Shown here: one piece after another, positions 18,576 through 29,579 of the stretch
Position numbering within the stretch: position 1 is the first letter of the stretch
How the letters are laid out: every line of letters begins with the position of its first letter
Source of the DNA: Deinococcales bacterium
Lineage (GTDB): Bacteria; Deinococcota; Deinococci; Deinococcales; JAAFIG01
DNA length: 64,000 bases
Direction of reading: 5' to 3'
Assembly (NCBI GenBank): GCA_043778225.1
Contig: JAYWGM010000052.1
Location: 1-64,000, forward strand
Position numbers and translations under genes: made by a program
Notes under the pieces: model-generated
What the model saw: the letters and a program-made list of their open reading frames with translations, nothing else
What the model was told of the DNA's origin: nothing
Database searches by the model: none

Positions 18576-21050
18576 ATGCTGCGTTTTTTAATGGTTCTGG
18601 TGTTTCTTTGCACTTCGGTTCAGGCGCAATTATTATCCGACAAAGGCGCAGAATTACCACTTTCCGTGGTCAAAACCCCACACTTTGATGTCCTGCATCC
18701 ACCGCGTTTAGAGTCGTTTGCGCGGCGGGTGGCGGCGGCTGCCGAAAAAATGCGAGCGGCAGTTCTCGAGACAGTCGGGAACGACCCCGGACGAACTTAC
18801 ATTTTGGTCAACGACGAAACCGACGATTTCAATGGTTTTGCTGTGCCAGGACCATATCCGTTTATTCGCGTTTTTGCGACTTTTCCGCGCCCAACTGATA
18901 TTGGCGCACAGTGGCAAGATGCGATGCACGCGCTGGTCACACACGAGTTTACCCATGTGGCGCATTTATCCACTCGAGATGACTTGCGAAACAGTCTGCG
19001 TGGTATTTTTGGGGCAGTACCGGGCATACTCGAGGCTCGAGTGCCACCAGCCTGGTTTGTCGAAGGCTATGCCATTTACCTCGAGACCAAGCTAACTTCG
19101 GGCGGACGAGCCAAAGACAGTGCCATCCGTACCCTGCGGGCGCAGATGGCTCGAGCCAGTGTTTTCCCAAGTTTATCCGACGCGGGCATTGGCATCAATG
19201 AGCAGTACCCATTTAGCAACACTCGTTATGCTTTTGGGGCGGGTTTTGTCTGGTTTTTGGTCGAGCGCTTTGGCGAAAAGACCATTCGCCAAGTCATTGC
19301 CCTCTACAATCAGCGCATTACGTTCGCTGAGGCGTGGCAAGAAACCACCAGACAATCACTTTCGAGTCTTTGGGAGACATGGGCGGGGCAAGAGCGCTCA
19401 CGGGCAATCCAAGAACTCGAGGACTTCAAAGCCACAGGTCTCGAGGCTGGGCGACCTTTGCACTTGGGCAGTGGCACTCCAGCTTGGCAACCCGACGGTT
19501 CATATGCTTTTATGAGTGGCTTAGCTGTGCGTTTTGTCAATCAGAATGGGCAACTCGAGCCGCGCACCATTGGCTTGGCTTCGCGCCCAAGTCGGCTTTC
19601 ATGGGATGGCACTGCGCTGGTCTACTCGAGAAATGTGGTGCGCGGTGCAACCACTTACGGCGAGGTTTTTAGACTCGAAAATGGCATCGAAAAACAACTC
19701 ACCACTGGCGCTCGCGCTCGAGATGCAATTTTTGACGGGCAGTGTATTTTGTACATCCAAGATTATTTAGACAACTCGAGCATCTGCCGAATTTGTGGTG
19801 ACAAGAATGAATTGTTCTATGCCGCGCCGTCTGGTTGGCATTTATTTCACCTTGCGCCAAAAAATAATAAAATTGCCCTGACCGTCTGGCGACCGGGTGG
19901 ATTTTTGGACATTGCCCTGCTCGAGAATCAAAAACTCGAATTCCAGACTTCCGATGCTGCCCAAGACCAATTTCCAACTTGGGTTTCGGATTCTGAGCTT
20001 GTCTTCTCGAGCGACCGCAGTGGCAGCGCTCAGTTGTACCAGCTTAAAAATTCGCAGGCGTACCAGTTGACGGCTGCCACGGGTGGCGCGTACAGCAGCA
20101 GCCGTAAGCCCAACGGCGACCTGACTTTCTCGAGTTACACCAGTGGCGGCTTTGAAACCCGAATTATCACGCCAAAAACCAAAAATGCGGTGCGTCTCGA
20201 GATAACGCAGCCTGTACCGCTCGACAATTTATCGGGTCTTGAGTACCCAATCGAAAGTTATAACGCTTTTCCTAATCCAGTTTTTTGGTATCCCGCCACG
20301 CAAAGCGGCATTGGTGCAACGGTGGTCGGGGCAGACCCAGCCGGTCTTTTTTCGTGGCAAGTGTCAGCCGGCTATGACCTTTTTAGCGGCACTGGCTTAG
20401 GTGCAAATTTTAGCCTCAATTTTGCGCCAAGCCTCGAGTGGAGCGCTAACCTTTTTGCAAGTATTGACTCGAGTGGCTGGCGTATACAACTCTCTGCGCC
20501 GTGGGCTGGACGCGGCGAATCACAATTCTCTGGGCGAGCCAATTACATTATTCGCCCAACCGTTGGGGTTTATAACAGCATTCCGTATGCTTCGCTTGGT
20601 CTTTTTTTAGGGGCTGCCCAGACCGACGACTGGAATTACCTCGAGTATGGCTGGGGGATTGGTGGCTCGCTCAATCTGAATTTAGCCAACGATTACTCGC
20701 TGGCTATTACTTTAGCCGACACGGTGGCTGGATTGCCTTTAGGTTTTAATTTTGGTCTCCGTGGACAATTTTTTGGCAATCCGACCCTGATCGCCAGCCT
20801 GCAAACACATTTTTCTTTTGGTCTGGCTTGGCGCAGCGAAGATGGTTTTCTGGCACTCGAGCGAATCACGATTCAGCCATTTGCCAATCTGCAATACAGC
20901 AATTTTCTCGAGTACAACCTCGGGGTGCGTATTTTAGCCGATGCTATTTTTAATTATTATGCGCCGATTTCTTTTGGACTGGAATTTAGCTATGGGAACG
21001 GTTTTGCAGTTCGTCTCGTAACCATCTTACCGCTCGAGCAGTTGCGGTGA
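18576..21050 (+). CDS. Exported protein: zinc-peptidase domain, TolB-like propeller, beta-rich C-terminus
   Basis: Signal peptide; 'HEFTH...WFVEGYA'; 'PTW...LVFSSDRSG..QLY' PD40-like; amphipathic strands at the C-terminus. Confidence 0.7.
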   Translation: MLRFLMVLVFLCTSVQAQLLSDKGAELPLSVVKTPHFDVLHPPRLESFARRVAAAAEKMRAAVLETVGNDPGRTYILVNDETDDFNGFAVPGPYPFIRVFATFPRPTDIGAQWQDAMHALVTHEFTHVAHLSTRDDLRNSLRGIFGAVPGILEARVPPAWFVEGYAIYLETKLTSGGRAKDSAIRTLRAQMARASVFPSLSDAGIGINEQYPFSNTRYAFGAGFVWFLVERFGEKTIRQVIALYNQRITFAEAWQETTRQSLSSLWETWAGQERSRAIQELEDFKATGLEAGRPLHLGSGTPAWQPDGSYAFMSGLAVRFVNQNGQLEPRTIGLASRPSRLSWDGTALVYSRNVVRGATTYGEVFRLENGIEKQLTTGARARDAIFDGQCILYIQDYLDNSSICRICGDKNELFYAAPSGWHLFHLAPKNNKIALTVWRPGGFLDIALLENQKLEFQTSDAAQDQFPTWVSDSELVFSSDRSGSAQLYQLKNSQAYQLTAATGGAYSSSRKPNGDLTFSSYTSGGFETRIITPKTKNAVRLEITQPVPLDNLSGLEYPIESYNAFPNPVFWYPATQSGIGATVVGADPAGLFSWQVSAGYDLFSGTGLGANFSLNFAPSLEWSANLFASIDSSGWRIQLSAPWAGRGESQFSGRANYIIRPTVGVYNSIPYASLGLFLGAAQTDDWNYLEYGWGIGGSLNLNLANDYSLAITLADTVAGLPLGFNFGLRGQFFGNPTLIASLQTHFSFGLAWRSEDGFLALERITIQPFANLQYSNFLEYNLGVRILADAIFNYYAPISFGLEFSYGNGFAVRLVTILPLEQLR

Positions 21051-21170
21051 ATTGTTAAGATTGTTACTCGAGTCAGTCCATCTTTAGGACGATGACAAAA
21101 CTGGTCTAAACCGACAAAATAAAGACTGAAATACGATTCTCGCCCTCTTTCAAGATTTTTGGAGTCCTGC

Positions 21171-22835
21171 ATGAAAACCTTTTTGTTATCCGCCATCGCC
21201 ATCGCCATCTCGAGCTTGGGATTTGCCAATGCCCAAACCCTCTCTAAATTCGCGCCAGCCAATGCCCTTGCCAGCATTGAACTCAACGATATGGCTGGCG
21301 CTCGCAAACAAAGCGCCGCACTGGTCAAGCAACTTGCCGACCTGAACATTGGCACGGTGCTTGCCGAAGCCACGGGCAGCAGCAAAAAAGAACAGCGCGA
21401 CCTCGAGATGATGCTCAACGACTTTGGTTCGTTGGTAGACCGCGAAGGCTTGGTTTCGCTGTATTTAAGCCCCAAAAGTGGACAAGTTGGGTTTTTATTG
21501 GCTGCCCGCCCAGCCACCAACAGCGACGCGAAAATGACCAAATGGATGCAGGACAGCGCCAAAAGTATGGGCGCTCGCGGCAGCCGTATTTTGGGCTTTC
21601 CGGTCTACCAAAGCAGCTTTGTCAATTTTGGGTATTTGGGTGGAATCGCCTATGCCGCCTCGGACACCGCCACGCTGAACGAATTTTTAAGCCGTTTTCG
21701 CAACCAAGGTAATTTCACTAAACCTAGTCTTGCCGCCAGCCCCAGTTATTCCGAAGTCATGAACCAAGTTGGCACAGGCAATATGCGAATTTACTTTGAC
21801 TTACGAAATGCAAGCCAGTTGGCTCGAGGCATTATAGACATGGTAGACCCAGAACTGCCCGGTATCAAACTCGAGCCAGTCTTGGATGCCCTGACCACCT
21901 ATGGTCGTTTTGCGGGTGCATGGCGCATTACTTCAGATGGCATTGACAACACCACGATTACCGTCCCCGAAGCTCGAGGCGCAGATACCCAATTTGCTCG
22001 GCTTTTGACCCCCAAAGATGCCATAGACCTGAAAGCCGCCAGTGTTGTGCCAGCCAGCGCTACTGGTTTTAGCACCAGCAGCAACAACTTTACCCTCTGG
22101 TACGACTGGCTCTCGAGCCTTACCGACCGCACAGGTGTCAACCCCGGCGGCTTAGATACCTTCTTTAAGGGCGAATTTGGGATTGATGCCCGTAAAAGTA
22201 TTCTTGGCTGGATGACGGGCGAACTTGCCAGCGCAACTTTTATTGGCAAAGGCGCAGCCCAATCTTTAGGCGAAAGTGTCCAGTACATTGGCACAAAAGA
22301 CGAGAAAGCCACCTCCGAGATGATCGAAAAAGTCTTGCCAAAACTGATTGAAATTGGTCAGAGATTGGCACAACAAAAAGTAAACAGTAAATTTACCAAA
22401 ACCAAACTGGGCAACACCGATATTTACCGCTTTGTGGTTGCCGATAACACTCCGATTATCTTGGCAGTCAAAGATGGCTTTTTGATGGTTGCCACTTCCG
22501 ACACGGGCATTACAGCAGCATTAAGCAGTGGCGCGAAACTCGAGAGCAGCGCAAATTACAAAACCGCCACGGCTCGAGTGCCAAAAGATGCGCTTGGCTG
22601 GAGTTACGGCGACACCACGGCTGGCTTAAAAAGTGCTGCTGAAGGCGCAAGTCAAATCCTCGAGTTGGTGCTTGGCTTTGGACTGGACTTGAAACCCAGC
22701 ACCAGCAAAAAACTGGTCAGCAGCATTACGGGTTTACTGAATGCCCTTGGCGACCGTGCGGGTTTTGCAATTTCTTGGACAGAGGTTGCACCCGTTGGCA
22801 CAAAAACGCGGAGCTTTCAGCCAGTCAAGTGGTAA
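21171..22835 (+). CDS. Exported protein, DUF3352-like
   Basis: Signal peptide; 'VVPASA', 'ILGWMTGE', 'DGFLMVATS' resemble DUF3352; by eye only. Confidence 0.55.
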   Translation: MKTFLLSAIAIAISSLGFANAQTLSKFAPANALASIELNDMAGARKQSAALVKQLADLNIGTVLAEATGSSKKEQRDLEMMLNDFGSLVDREGLVSLYLSPKSGQVGFLLAARPATNSDAKMTKWMQDSAKSMGARGSRILGFPVYQSSFVNFGYLGGIAYAASDTATLNEFLSRFRNQGNFTKPSLAASPSYSEVMNQVGTGNMRIYFDLRNASQLARGIIDMVDPELPGIKLEPVLDALTTYGRFAGAWRITSDGIDNTTITVPEARGADTQFARLLTPKDAIDLKAASVVPASATGFSTSSNNFTLWYDWLSSLTDRTGVNPGGLDTFFKGEFGIDARKSILGWMTGELASATFIGKGAAQSLGESVQYIGTKDEKATSEMIEKVLPKLIEIGQRLAQQKVNSKFTKTKLGNTDIYRFVVADNTPIILAVKDGFLMVATSDTGITAALSSGAKLESSANYKTATARVPKDALGWSYGDTTAGLKSAAEGASQILELVLGFGLDLKPSTSKKLVSSITGLLNALGDRAGFAISWTEVAPVGTKTRSFQPVKW

Positions 22836-22848
22836 GCAAAAAGTAAAC

Positions 22849-22878
22849 AAAAAAGGCGCATCAAGTGCGCCTTTTTTG
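22849..22878. terminator. Bidirectional intrinsic terminator
   Basis: AAAAAAGGCGCA-TCAAG-TGCGCCTTTTTT. Confidence 0.85.
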
Positions 22879-22891
22879 TTGCTCGAGATTG

Positions 22892-22920
22892 TTGACAAAA
22901 ATGACAAAATGTCATATATT
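22892..22920 (+). promoter_or_regulatory. Sigma70 promoter with palindromic operator for higBA
   Basis: TTGACA-17-TATATT; ATGACAAAATGTCAT inverted repeat (22901-22915) in the spacer. Confidence 0.8.
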
Positions 22921-22929
22921 GGACTAGCC

Positions 22930-23220
22930 ATGAATGTTATCAAGCGCAGTACCCTAAAACAATTTTGGCAAAAGCACCCACACGCCAAAAGTCCACTTGT
23001 TGCTTGGTACAAACTTCTCCGCCGTAACCGTTACACCAATTTTAACGAACTACAAGAACATTTCTCGAGTGCCGATTTGGTCAAACAACTGACTATTTTT
23101 GACCTTGGAGGCAACAAATATCGCCTAATCGCTTTTATTCGTTATACCGCCCAAACCATTTTTGTAAAACACATCCTGACCCACGAAGAATACAACGAAT
23201 GGAACAAGCAAAAAAATTGA
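22930..23220 (+). CDS. higB: HigB family toxin
   Basis: 'MNVIKRSTLKQFWQKHP...SADLV...IFDLGGNKYRLI...THEEY'. Confidence 0.9.
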   Translation: MNVIKRSTLKQFWQKHPHAKSPLVAWYKLLRRNRYTNFNELQEHFSSADLVKQLTIFDLGGNKYRLIAFIRYTAQTIFVKHILTHEEYNEWNKQKN

Positions 23221-23227
23221 GGAGACC

Positions 23228-23644
23228 ATGCAAAGCGTTCAACAAATCACAACACAATGGGCTAAGGTTGCCAAAAACATCAATATCAAACGCCCAGAAA
23301 CCCAACTCGAGTACGAGGCTTTACTCGAGTTGATAGACCATATTACCGATATTGTTGAAGACCCCGAAAACAATCTTTACTCTGGATTATTAGACTTAGC
23401 CTTTATTTACACCCATGACTGGGAAGAACAGCACCAAAAAAACATCATCCCAGAGGCAACACCACGCCAAATGCTTGGGCTACTGATGCAGCAAAAAAAC
23501 CTTAAACAAACCGACCTCGAGAAAGCGGGTGTTGCAGACCAAGCCTTGTTGTCAAATATCTTAAATGGCAAGCGCAAAATTAGTATTGCACTTGCCAAAC
23601 GCCTGAGCCATTATTTTAAGGTCTCGAGTGAGTTATTTATTTAG
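23228..23644 (+). CDS. higA: HigA family antitoxin (HTH)
   Basis: 'EYEALL', 'LMQQKNLKQTDL...LSNILNGKRKIS...LSHYF'. Confidence 0.88.
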   Translation: MQSVQQITTQWAKVAKNINIKRPETQLEYEALLELIDHITDIVEDPENNLYSGLLDLAFIYTHDWEEQHQKNIIPEATPRQMLGLLMQQKNLKQTDLEKAGVADQALLSNILNGKRKISIALAKRLSHYFKVSSELFI

Positions 23645-24452
23645 CTTTAATGCCTTCCACAGACAATAAATACAATTTTTGAAAGGTTGCAGTATCTTGT
23701 TCCCAAATCCGCCCGTCAGCTTCGGCAGCCGCTCGTTCAGACTCGAGCAACCAACCTTCCAAAACCAATTGATGACCTCGAGATGCAATAATACTGGTTT
23801 TAAGCGCTATTCGCCGAGCAAAATCGGGTTCGCCTCGAGTGCTGATTTCGTGCTGTGGTGTGACAACAACATTGCTCAGACCAGCTTCCAAGAACAGTCC
23901 CTCGAGATGGTCAGCGATTTGGTTATCCATCCCAGCATTGGCTTTCCAAGCGTAGTACACGTCTAATGCCCGAGCCAAAGATTCTGGTGGTGCTGGGCGT
24001 AACTCGCCGCGCAGATGGTTGTAATCAAGTACCAACAGCGCACCACCTATTTTTAGGGCATTTATCATTTGCTGAACAGCTTTAATCGGATACTCGAGCC
24101 ATTGCAGCACTCGAGCGCAGATAACCAAATCAAATTCAGTTTCAAAACCAAGGTTGTAAATATCAGCACTTACAAACTCAAGATTCGATACGTTCGCATG
24201 GGCAATTCTGGCTTTCTCGAGCATGGTATCGCTGACATCCGCACCAATGACAAACCCTCGAGAACCCAATAAATCTGCTATCCCACGAGTAATCGCACCA
24301 GTCCCACAACCCATGTCCAGCACGCAAAGAAAAGGTTTTTGTGACTCGAGTAGAAAACTGTAAAGCCTCGAGAAATCAGTCTCTAAACTCCGCGCCTCGA
24401 GAATACCCGCCGTAGAAGCAGGCATCTCGGCACGTTGTTCTGCCAAACTCAA
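23637..24452 (-). CDS. Class I SAM-dependent methyltransferase
   Basis: 'VLDMGCGTG', '[13 protein letters not shown]'. Confidence 0.88.
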   Translation of the reverse strand: MSLAEQRAEMPASTAGILEARSLETDFSRLYSFLLESQKPFLCVLDMGCGTGAITRGIADLLGSRGFVIGADVSDTMLEKARIAHANVSNLEFVSADIYNLGFETEFDLVICARVLQWLEYPIKAVQQMINALKIGGALLVLDYNHLRGELRPAPPESLARALDVYYAWKANAGMDNQIADHLEGLFLEAGLSNVVVTPQHEISTRGEPDFARRIALKTSIIASRGHQLVLEGWLLESERAAAEADGRIWEQDTATFQKLYLLSVEGIKAK

Positions 24453-25483
24453 AGTAAAGCCAGTACAGCCTTGGTAAAATCACTCGAGCCAGCCGTTCCG
24501 CCCAAATCTCGTGTTGGATGACTAAACAAAGCCTGCCGCACGGCTTCTTCGATGACTCGAGATAATTCAGGGCGCTTAAAACTGTACTCAAGCATCATCG
24601 CGGCACTTAAAATGGTGGCGGCTGGATTGGCAATGCCTTGTCCAGCAATATCTGGGGCAGAACCATGAATTGGTTCGTACAAGCCAATTTTATCGCCCAG
24701 ACTGGCACTTGGCAGCAGCCCAAGGCTACCGGGCAGGACACTGGCAAGGTCAGACAGAATATCGCCAAACAGATTCTCGGTCAGAATCACATCGTAACGC
24801 TTTGGGTTTTTGACCAGAATCATGGCGCAGGAATCCACATATTCGTGGGTTAGTTCGACATCTGGAAATTCGGTTTTTTGCACATGAACCACAATTCGCC
24901 GCCAGAATTCCGAAACCTCGAGAACATTGGCTTTATCCACACTGCATACTCGGTTTTGCCGTCCTCGAGCCGCCTGAAATGCCCAACGCGCCGCCCGTTC
25001 GACCTCGGCTGTGGTGTAACGAATGGTGTTAAAGCCGCCGCCTTCCTCGAGTCCACGCGGCTCACCAAAATACGCCCCGCCAAGAAGTTCGCGCAAGATT
25101 AAAATATCCACGCCACTGGCAATTTCGGGCTTTAGGGGCGAAAGATGCTCTAAACCCGCGTAAACTTTGCTCGGGCGCAGATTGGCATAGACTCCCAAGG
25201 CTTTACGCAGTTTCAGTAATCCCGATTCTGGACGCAATTCTCGAGCAATGTTATCGGTACTTCCGGGCAGCCCACCGACTGAACCCATCAGCACTGCATC
25301 CGAATTTAATGCCGCCTCGAGAACTTCATCACCCAAGGGTTTACCGTATTTTTCTGTACCCGCCAGCCCAAAGGCATACTCGGCATACTCGAGGTCTGGC
25401 GCGAGTTTACTAAGCACTTCTAAAGCGCAACGGATAACTTCTGGACCAACACCATCACCGGGAAGAACAACAACTTTTGGCAT
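24449..25483 (-). CDS. leuB: 3-isopropylmalate dehydrogenase
   Basis: '[10 protein letters not shown]', 'DKANVL', 'NLFGDILSD', '[12 protein letters not shown]'. Confidence 0.95.
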   Translation of the reverse strand: MPKVVVLPGDGVGPEVIRCALEVLSKLAPDLEYAEYAFGLAGTEKYGKPLGDEVLEAALNSDAVLMGSVGGLPGSTDNIARELRPESGLLKLRKALGVYANLRPSKVYAGLEHLSPLKPEIASGVDILILRELLGGAYFGEPRGLEEGGGFNTIRYTTAEVERAARWAFQAARGRQNRVCSVDKANVLEVSEFWRRIVVHVQKTEFPDVELTHEYVDSCAMILVKNPKRYDVILTENLFGDILSDLASVLPGSLGLLPSASLGDKIGLYEPIHGSAPDIAGQGIANPAATILSAAMMLEYSFKRPELSRVIEEAVRQALFSHPTRDLGGTAGSSDFTKAVLALL

Positions 25484-25521
25484 AAATAATTCACTCCTTC
25501 AAAAAATAGGACTGCGTGGTT

Positions 25522-26751
25522 TTAAGTGACTTTACTGCGCTGGGCAAATTCTGGGTTTTTCCATGTTTGGGCTTGCATAATCTGCTCGAGTATTAAAACG
25601 GCGTTCATCACATCTGCATGGCTGTTATAAAGCGGCGCAAAACCAAAGCGCACAATATCTGGAGCGCGAAAATCGCCGACCACGCCAGCCGCAATTAGGG
25701 CTTGCATGATTTCATAACCGTGTGCGTGCGTATAGCTGACTTGCGAACCGCGCAGCCTTGGCTCGAGTGGCGTAACACAGGCAAAACCATAAACCTCGAG
25801 CGGCTGCATGGCGTTTATGAATAAATTGGTCAGGCTCAGGCTTTTGGCTCGAGCCTGCTCGATGCCAAATTCTTGCCAAAGCTCGAGCGCACCACTCAGG
25901 GCAGTCAGTGCCAGCACAGGTGGTGTTCCTGTGGTAAAACGCATGATATTTGGGGCTGGCGCATAGGCTGAATCGAAAGCAAACGGAGCAGCGTGTCCCA
26001 TCCAACCAGACAGCACCGGTAGGGCAGCATTTTGGTGTTCTCGAGCCACAAAAATAAAAGCAGGTGCGCCAGGTCCACCGTTGAGGTATTTGTAGCCACA
26101 GCCAATTGCAAAGTCGGCTTGGCAAGCATTTAATTCAACTGGAAATGCCCCAGCGCTGTGTGCCAAGTCCCAGATTGCCAATGCACCAACATCGTGCGCT
26201 CGAGTGGTTAGGCTTAACATATCGAGGCGTTCGCCAGTGCGGTAGTCCACTTCGGTTAAAAGTAAGACCGCCACATCATCGGTCAGGGCAGTCTCGAGGT
26301 CGGCACGTTTGACAAAGCGCAATTCGTAACGGTTCTCGAGCAAGGCGTTAATGCCCTGCGCCATGTATAAATCGGTTGGGAAATTATCAATGTCCGAAAC
26401 AATCACACGCCGGTCGGTGCGCAGTGCCAAGGCTGCCAGCAAAACTTTAAAAACATTGATGCTGGTGCTGTCGCACGACACGACTTCATCGGGGTTTGCG
26501 CCAATTAAGGCTGCCAATTGCGCCCCAACCCGAGTTGGTAAATCAATCCAATGGTTGGTGTTCCAGCTTTGAATTAAGTCTTGTCCCCATTGGCGCTCGA
26601 TAGCGTCGGCAACTCGAGCCGCAACGTGCTTGGGCAGTGCGCCAAGGCTGTTGCCGTCTAGGTAAATTTTGCCTTGGGGCAGAAAAAAACGGTCTCGAGC
26701 AAGGCGCAATGGGTCGGATAGGTCGAGGGCTTGGGCATCAAGGAGATTCAT
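25522..26751 (-). CDS. kynU: Kynureninase
   Basis: 'YLDGNSLG', 'WDLAHSAG', 'CGYKYLNGGPG', 'RGSQVS'. Confidence 0.95.
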   Translation of the reverse strand: MNLLDAQALDLSDPLRLARDRFFLPQGKIYLDGNSLGALPKHVAARVADAIERQWGQDLIQSWNTNHWIDLPTRVGAQLAALIGANPDEVVSCDSTSINVFKVLLAALALRTDRRVIVSDIDNFPTDLYMAQGINALLENRYELRFVKRADLETALTDDVAVLLLTEVDYRTGERLDMLSLTTRAHDVGALAIWDLAHSAGAFPVELNACQADFAIGCGYKYLNGGPGAPAFIFVAREHQNAALPVLSGWMGHAAPFAFDSAYAPAPNIMRFTTGTPPVLALTALSGALELWQEFGIEQARAKSLSLTNLFINAMQPLEVYGFACVTPLEPRLRGSQVSYTHAHGYEIMQALIAAGVVGDFRAPDIVRFGFAPLYNSHADVMNAVLILEQIMQAQTWKNPEFAQRSKVT

Positions 26752-27074
26752 CGGCGTTTGAGAATATCAGGTTTAGGCGGGGCTTGGTTAAACATTTCTT
26801 TTGCCGATTGGCGTGTCCAAATCATGGTCGCAATATAGGCTGGAATAAACAGCATCAGTTGCCCCCAGACCGTGGCAAAAAAAGTAATTTTTAAGACTGC
26901 CGATAAAACAATCTGTAAAGCCAATGTGCCAACGAAGACCAGCAGCACTTTTGGCAAGGTGCGCCCTAAAACACCAAAGTATTTTTTCCAAGAAAAGGTA
27001 TTCTTACTCGAGTCTTTAACGGCTTTTTCGTAGCCACGCCGAGCCAGTTTAATTTCGCGCCTTGTTTTACCCAT
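26748..27074 (-). CDS. Small 2-TM membrane protein
   Basis: Basic N-terminus and two hydrophobic segments; overlaps the kynU start. Confidence 0.6.
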   Translation of the reverse strand: MGKTRREIKLARRGYEKAVKDSSKNTFSWKKYFGVLGRTLPKVLLVFVGTLALQIVLSAVLKITFFATVWGQLMLFIPAYIATMIWTRQSAKEMFNQAPPKPDILKRR

Positions 27075-27112
27075 CTGGCGAATATACCAAAAGACTTGGT
27101 AGTCTAATAGTC

Positions 27113-27649
27113 ATGATTGCACTTTTGCCCGAACTCGAGACGATTCAAACCTTCGAGACCTACCCGAGCGCCCCAGAAATCGTTGGAGTTTGGGTGCATC
27201 CATTGCGTAAAAACCGCTCCGAAAACGGCTGGTTTATGGAATATGTGCGGGTCGAGGCTGGCAGTGTCCAGAATACGCCCACGCCGCTCGAGATTCGCCA
27301 AATCAGCGTCTCTTGTGCCGACCCAGAGCGGATTAACGCTTTTCATATCCACACCAAACTCGAGCAAAACGAAATCTGGACAGTCATTAGCGGGCAATTG
27401 GTGGTTTGGCTGGTGGATTGTCGGGTGAGCAGCAGCACGGCTGGGGTGAAACGCAAATTTGTTTTAAGCGGCGAACAACCGATGCAGTTGTATATTCCGG
27501 CTGGGGTGGCGCATGGTTATCAGGCTGGATTGCACGGCGCAACGCTGTTATACTGCATGGATCAGCAATTTAATTTAGCCGACCCCAACGAAGGGCGCTT
27601 GCCGTGGGACCAATTTGGCGCAGACTTGTGGGAACAAAACAGAGGTTAA
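27113..27649 (+). CDS. RmlC-like (dTDP-4-dehydrorhamnose 3,5-epimerase family) cupin
   Basis: 'GWFME', 'AFHIH', 'VDCR', 'LYIPAGVAHGY'. Confidence 0.8.
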   Translation: MIALLPELETIQTFETYPSAPEIVGVWVHPLRKNRSENGWFMEYVRVEAGSVQNTPTPLEIRQISVSCADPERINAFHIHTKLEQNEIWTVISGQLVVWLVDCRVSSSTAGVKRKFVLSGEQPMQLYIPAGVAHGYQAGLHGATLLYCMDQQFNLADPNEGRLPWDQFGADLWEQNRG

Positions 27650-27794
27650 GCCCTAGTTACTCGAGCCAAAAGTTGTGGTTTGAGTCGAGAAACGAATTAA
27701 GGAACGACAGCTATGGCTGGCATTGTTTTGGACACGATAAAGTCTTTTTGTGGTGTCCCTCGAGTTTTAGGCTCGAGGGATTGGACTTAGCCGA

Positions 27795-29480
27795 TTATGG
27801 CTTGAAAAGCGCAACTCGGTAATTACCACCAAAATTCTCAGAATTATAGACATTAACCAAGACAGAACCATCATCACTGATGCCGATTGCCTCGAGAATT
27901 GTGTAGTTTGGAACAATAATTCGGGTGTATGCACCGTTTTTATACAACCAATACTGATAATCGGTACTCGAGGCGAGTCCAGTAGCTCGGAGCAAGACAT
28001 CACCGTTGTTGTTGACATCGAGAAGCCTCATGTCCGAGTCTTGGATTGGTCCAGGTACTGTGCCGAGTAGCGTGAGCGCCGCATCGCCCTCGTTCCACTT
28101 AAATAGTTGCTGACCATTCAAACCATAGACCGTTCCAGCGTTGGTTAAACCCGAACCAAACGTCGAAGTCCTAGGAGTCGGAATAAAATTTGTACCTTTT
28201 AGAATACCGTCTGGAAAAAGGACTGTTCCCGAATTATTGATGCCCAGCGCTCTATATCCGATGACGCTGTTCGGTGTTTGCCGTGAGAGTTGAGTCGCAC
28301 TGGCATCGTTGGTTTGCCATCTGAAATGTTTTCCTCCATTTCTAATTTCAGAGGCAACAACTTGTTTTGCATCATTGCAGCCAAAGACAAAAGTCTCGTC
28401 TGCAAAAGGAATTTCGCTGATGCTGTTGGCTGTTGCGTCGTAAAACAAGGCGTGATTGATGCGCCCTGTCTTGTACGCCATGTAAGCAACATCACCGTTT
28501 GAATTGATACAAGGTTGTGCGTATACATCATACGAAATACTTGTGTAACCACTTGGCAAGGCGGGTAAAGCCGTAGTTGTTGTTCCACCGTAAACAAACC
28601 CAAACTGATTTCCTGTAACTAAGGTATCTACAGTCGTAAAGAACACGCGCCCATTGGCACTGATTGCCTTACCTCGAGCCGATGGATTGGTAGAAACAAA
28701 CGTCACACCGCCACCACTTGGGGCAGCCGTGACCGTGACCGCCACAGCATTTGAAGTCATCCCACCACTGCTGGCAGTGATGTTGCTCGAGCCTGCCGCT
28801 ACGCCTGTTACGATGCCAGTACCAGAGACAGTCGCTTTAGCCGTGTCGCTCGAGGCGAAGGTAAAGACTGGTTGTGTGGCTAACGCCACATTGCTCGAGT
28901 CCTTACCAACAGCAGTACAAGTGCTTGTGGCAGCCACGGCAATACTTGTTGGGGTACAAGTCAAGGCAATACTCGAGAGTGTTGCAACTGGTGATGTGTT
29001 CGGTACAACCAAAGTGTACGTGCCGTAACCCGGAATGCTGATGGTGACAGTATTGGTGCTGGTATCGAAGGTGTAGGTGATGGTTGTCCAAGTTGTGCCG
29101 TTTAATTGCAATGCCACGACTTGAGAAATAACGGCTTGAGGGTGCAGATTTCTTAAACCTAAAGCCGCAATTTCGTTTGGCTCGAGTTTAATTTTAAGGC
29201 TGGCATTACTGGCAAAGTTACCGATGCCTCCGCCAACCACAAAGGTTTTTCCTGCCACGATTTTTTGGTTAGTTGGCACGGCTGGTGGGCTGGTGTTTTC
29301 GGTGATGGTTACAGTTGTATCTGTGGTTAGCGCACCGGCTGGGAAAGTGGCACTGGCAACACCATTGCTCGAGGTAGCAGTTCCACCGCTCGAGCCAATC
29401 ACTGTGCCTGTGGGTTGTGGCTGTGGACACGCCACCAATACCGCCGAAAGTAACGCGCCAAACAAAAAAAATCTTTTCAT
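27795..29480 (-). CDS. Surface lipoprotein: ZU5-like, Ig-like (Big_2), beta-propeller-like C-terminus
   Basis: Lipobox LVAC; 'IGSSGG...FPAGAL'; 'FASSDTAKATVSGTGIVTGVAAG'; 'INSNG/INNSG/VNNNG/ISDDG' repeats. Confidence 0.75.
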   Translation of the reverse strand: MKRFFLFGALLSAVLVACPQPQPTGTVIGSSGGTATSSNGVASATFPAGALTTDTTVTITENTSPPAVPTNQKIVAGKTFVVGGGIGNFASNASLKIKLEPNEIAALGLRNLHPQAVISQVVALQLNGTTWTTITYTFDTSTNTVTISIPGYGTYTLVVPNTSPVATLSSIALTCTPTSIAVAATSTCTAVGKDSSNVALATQPVFTFASSDTAKATVSGTGIVTGVAAGSSNITASSGGMTSNAVAVTVTAAPSGGGVTFVSTNPSARGKAISANGRVFFTTVDTLVTGNQFGFVYGGTTTTALPALPSGYTSISYDVYAQPCINSNGDVAYMAYKTGRINHALFYDATANSISEIPFADETFVFGCNDAKQVVASEIRNGGKHFRWQTNDASATQLSRQTPNSVIGYRALGINNSGTVLFPDGILKGTNFIPTPRTSTFGSGLTNAGTVYGLNGQQLFKWNEGDAALTLLGTVPGPIQDSDMRLLDVNNNGDVLLRATGLASSTDYQYWLYKNGAYTRIIVPNYTILEAIGISDDGSVLVNVYNSENFGGNYRVALFKP

Positions 29481-29532
29481 ACCAGCCTCCGTGGTCTCGA
29501 GCCTCGAGAACCTTTAAGCAGTCTAAGAAAAG

Positions 29533-29553
29533 GGCGTTACAGTTGGCGTAACA
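29533..29553 (-). promoter_or_regulatory. Direct-repeat activator-site candidate upstream of the lipoprotein gene
   Basis: Minus strand TGTTACGCC-aac-TGTAACGCC (12-bp period) just upstream of a TAGACT -10. Confidence 0.5.
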
Positions 29554-29579
29554 AATATATTTTTATTGTGCCTGACGAA

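Noticed and set aside
22741..22929. N-terminal extension of higB in the ORF track (similar extensions on ackA, lysC, relE and the permeases)
   Set aside because: The higB extension crosses a terminator and promoter; internal starts match the family N-termini.
23637..24452. Methyltransferase as the CTCGAG DNA methylase
   Set aside because: It has small-molecule class I features and lacks DPPY/NPPY or PC catalytic motifs.
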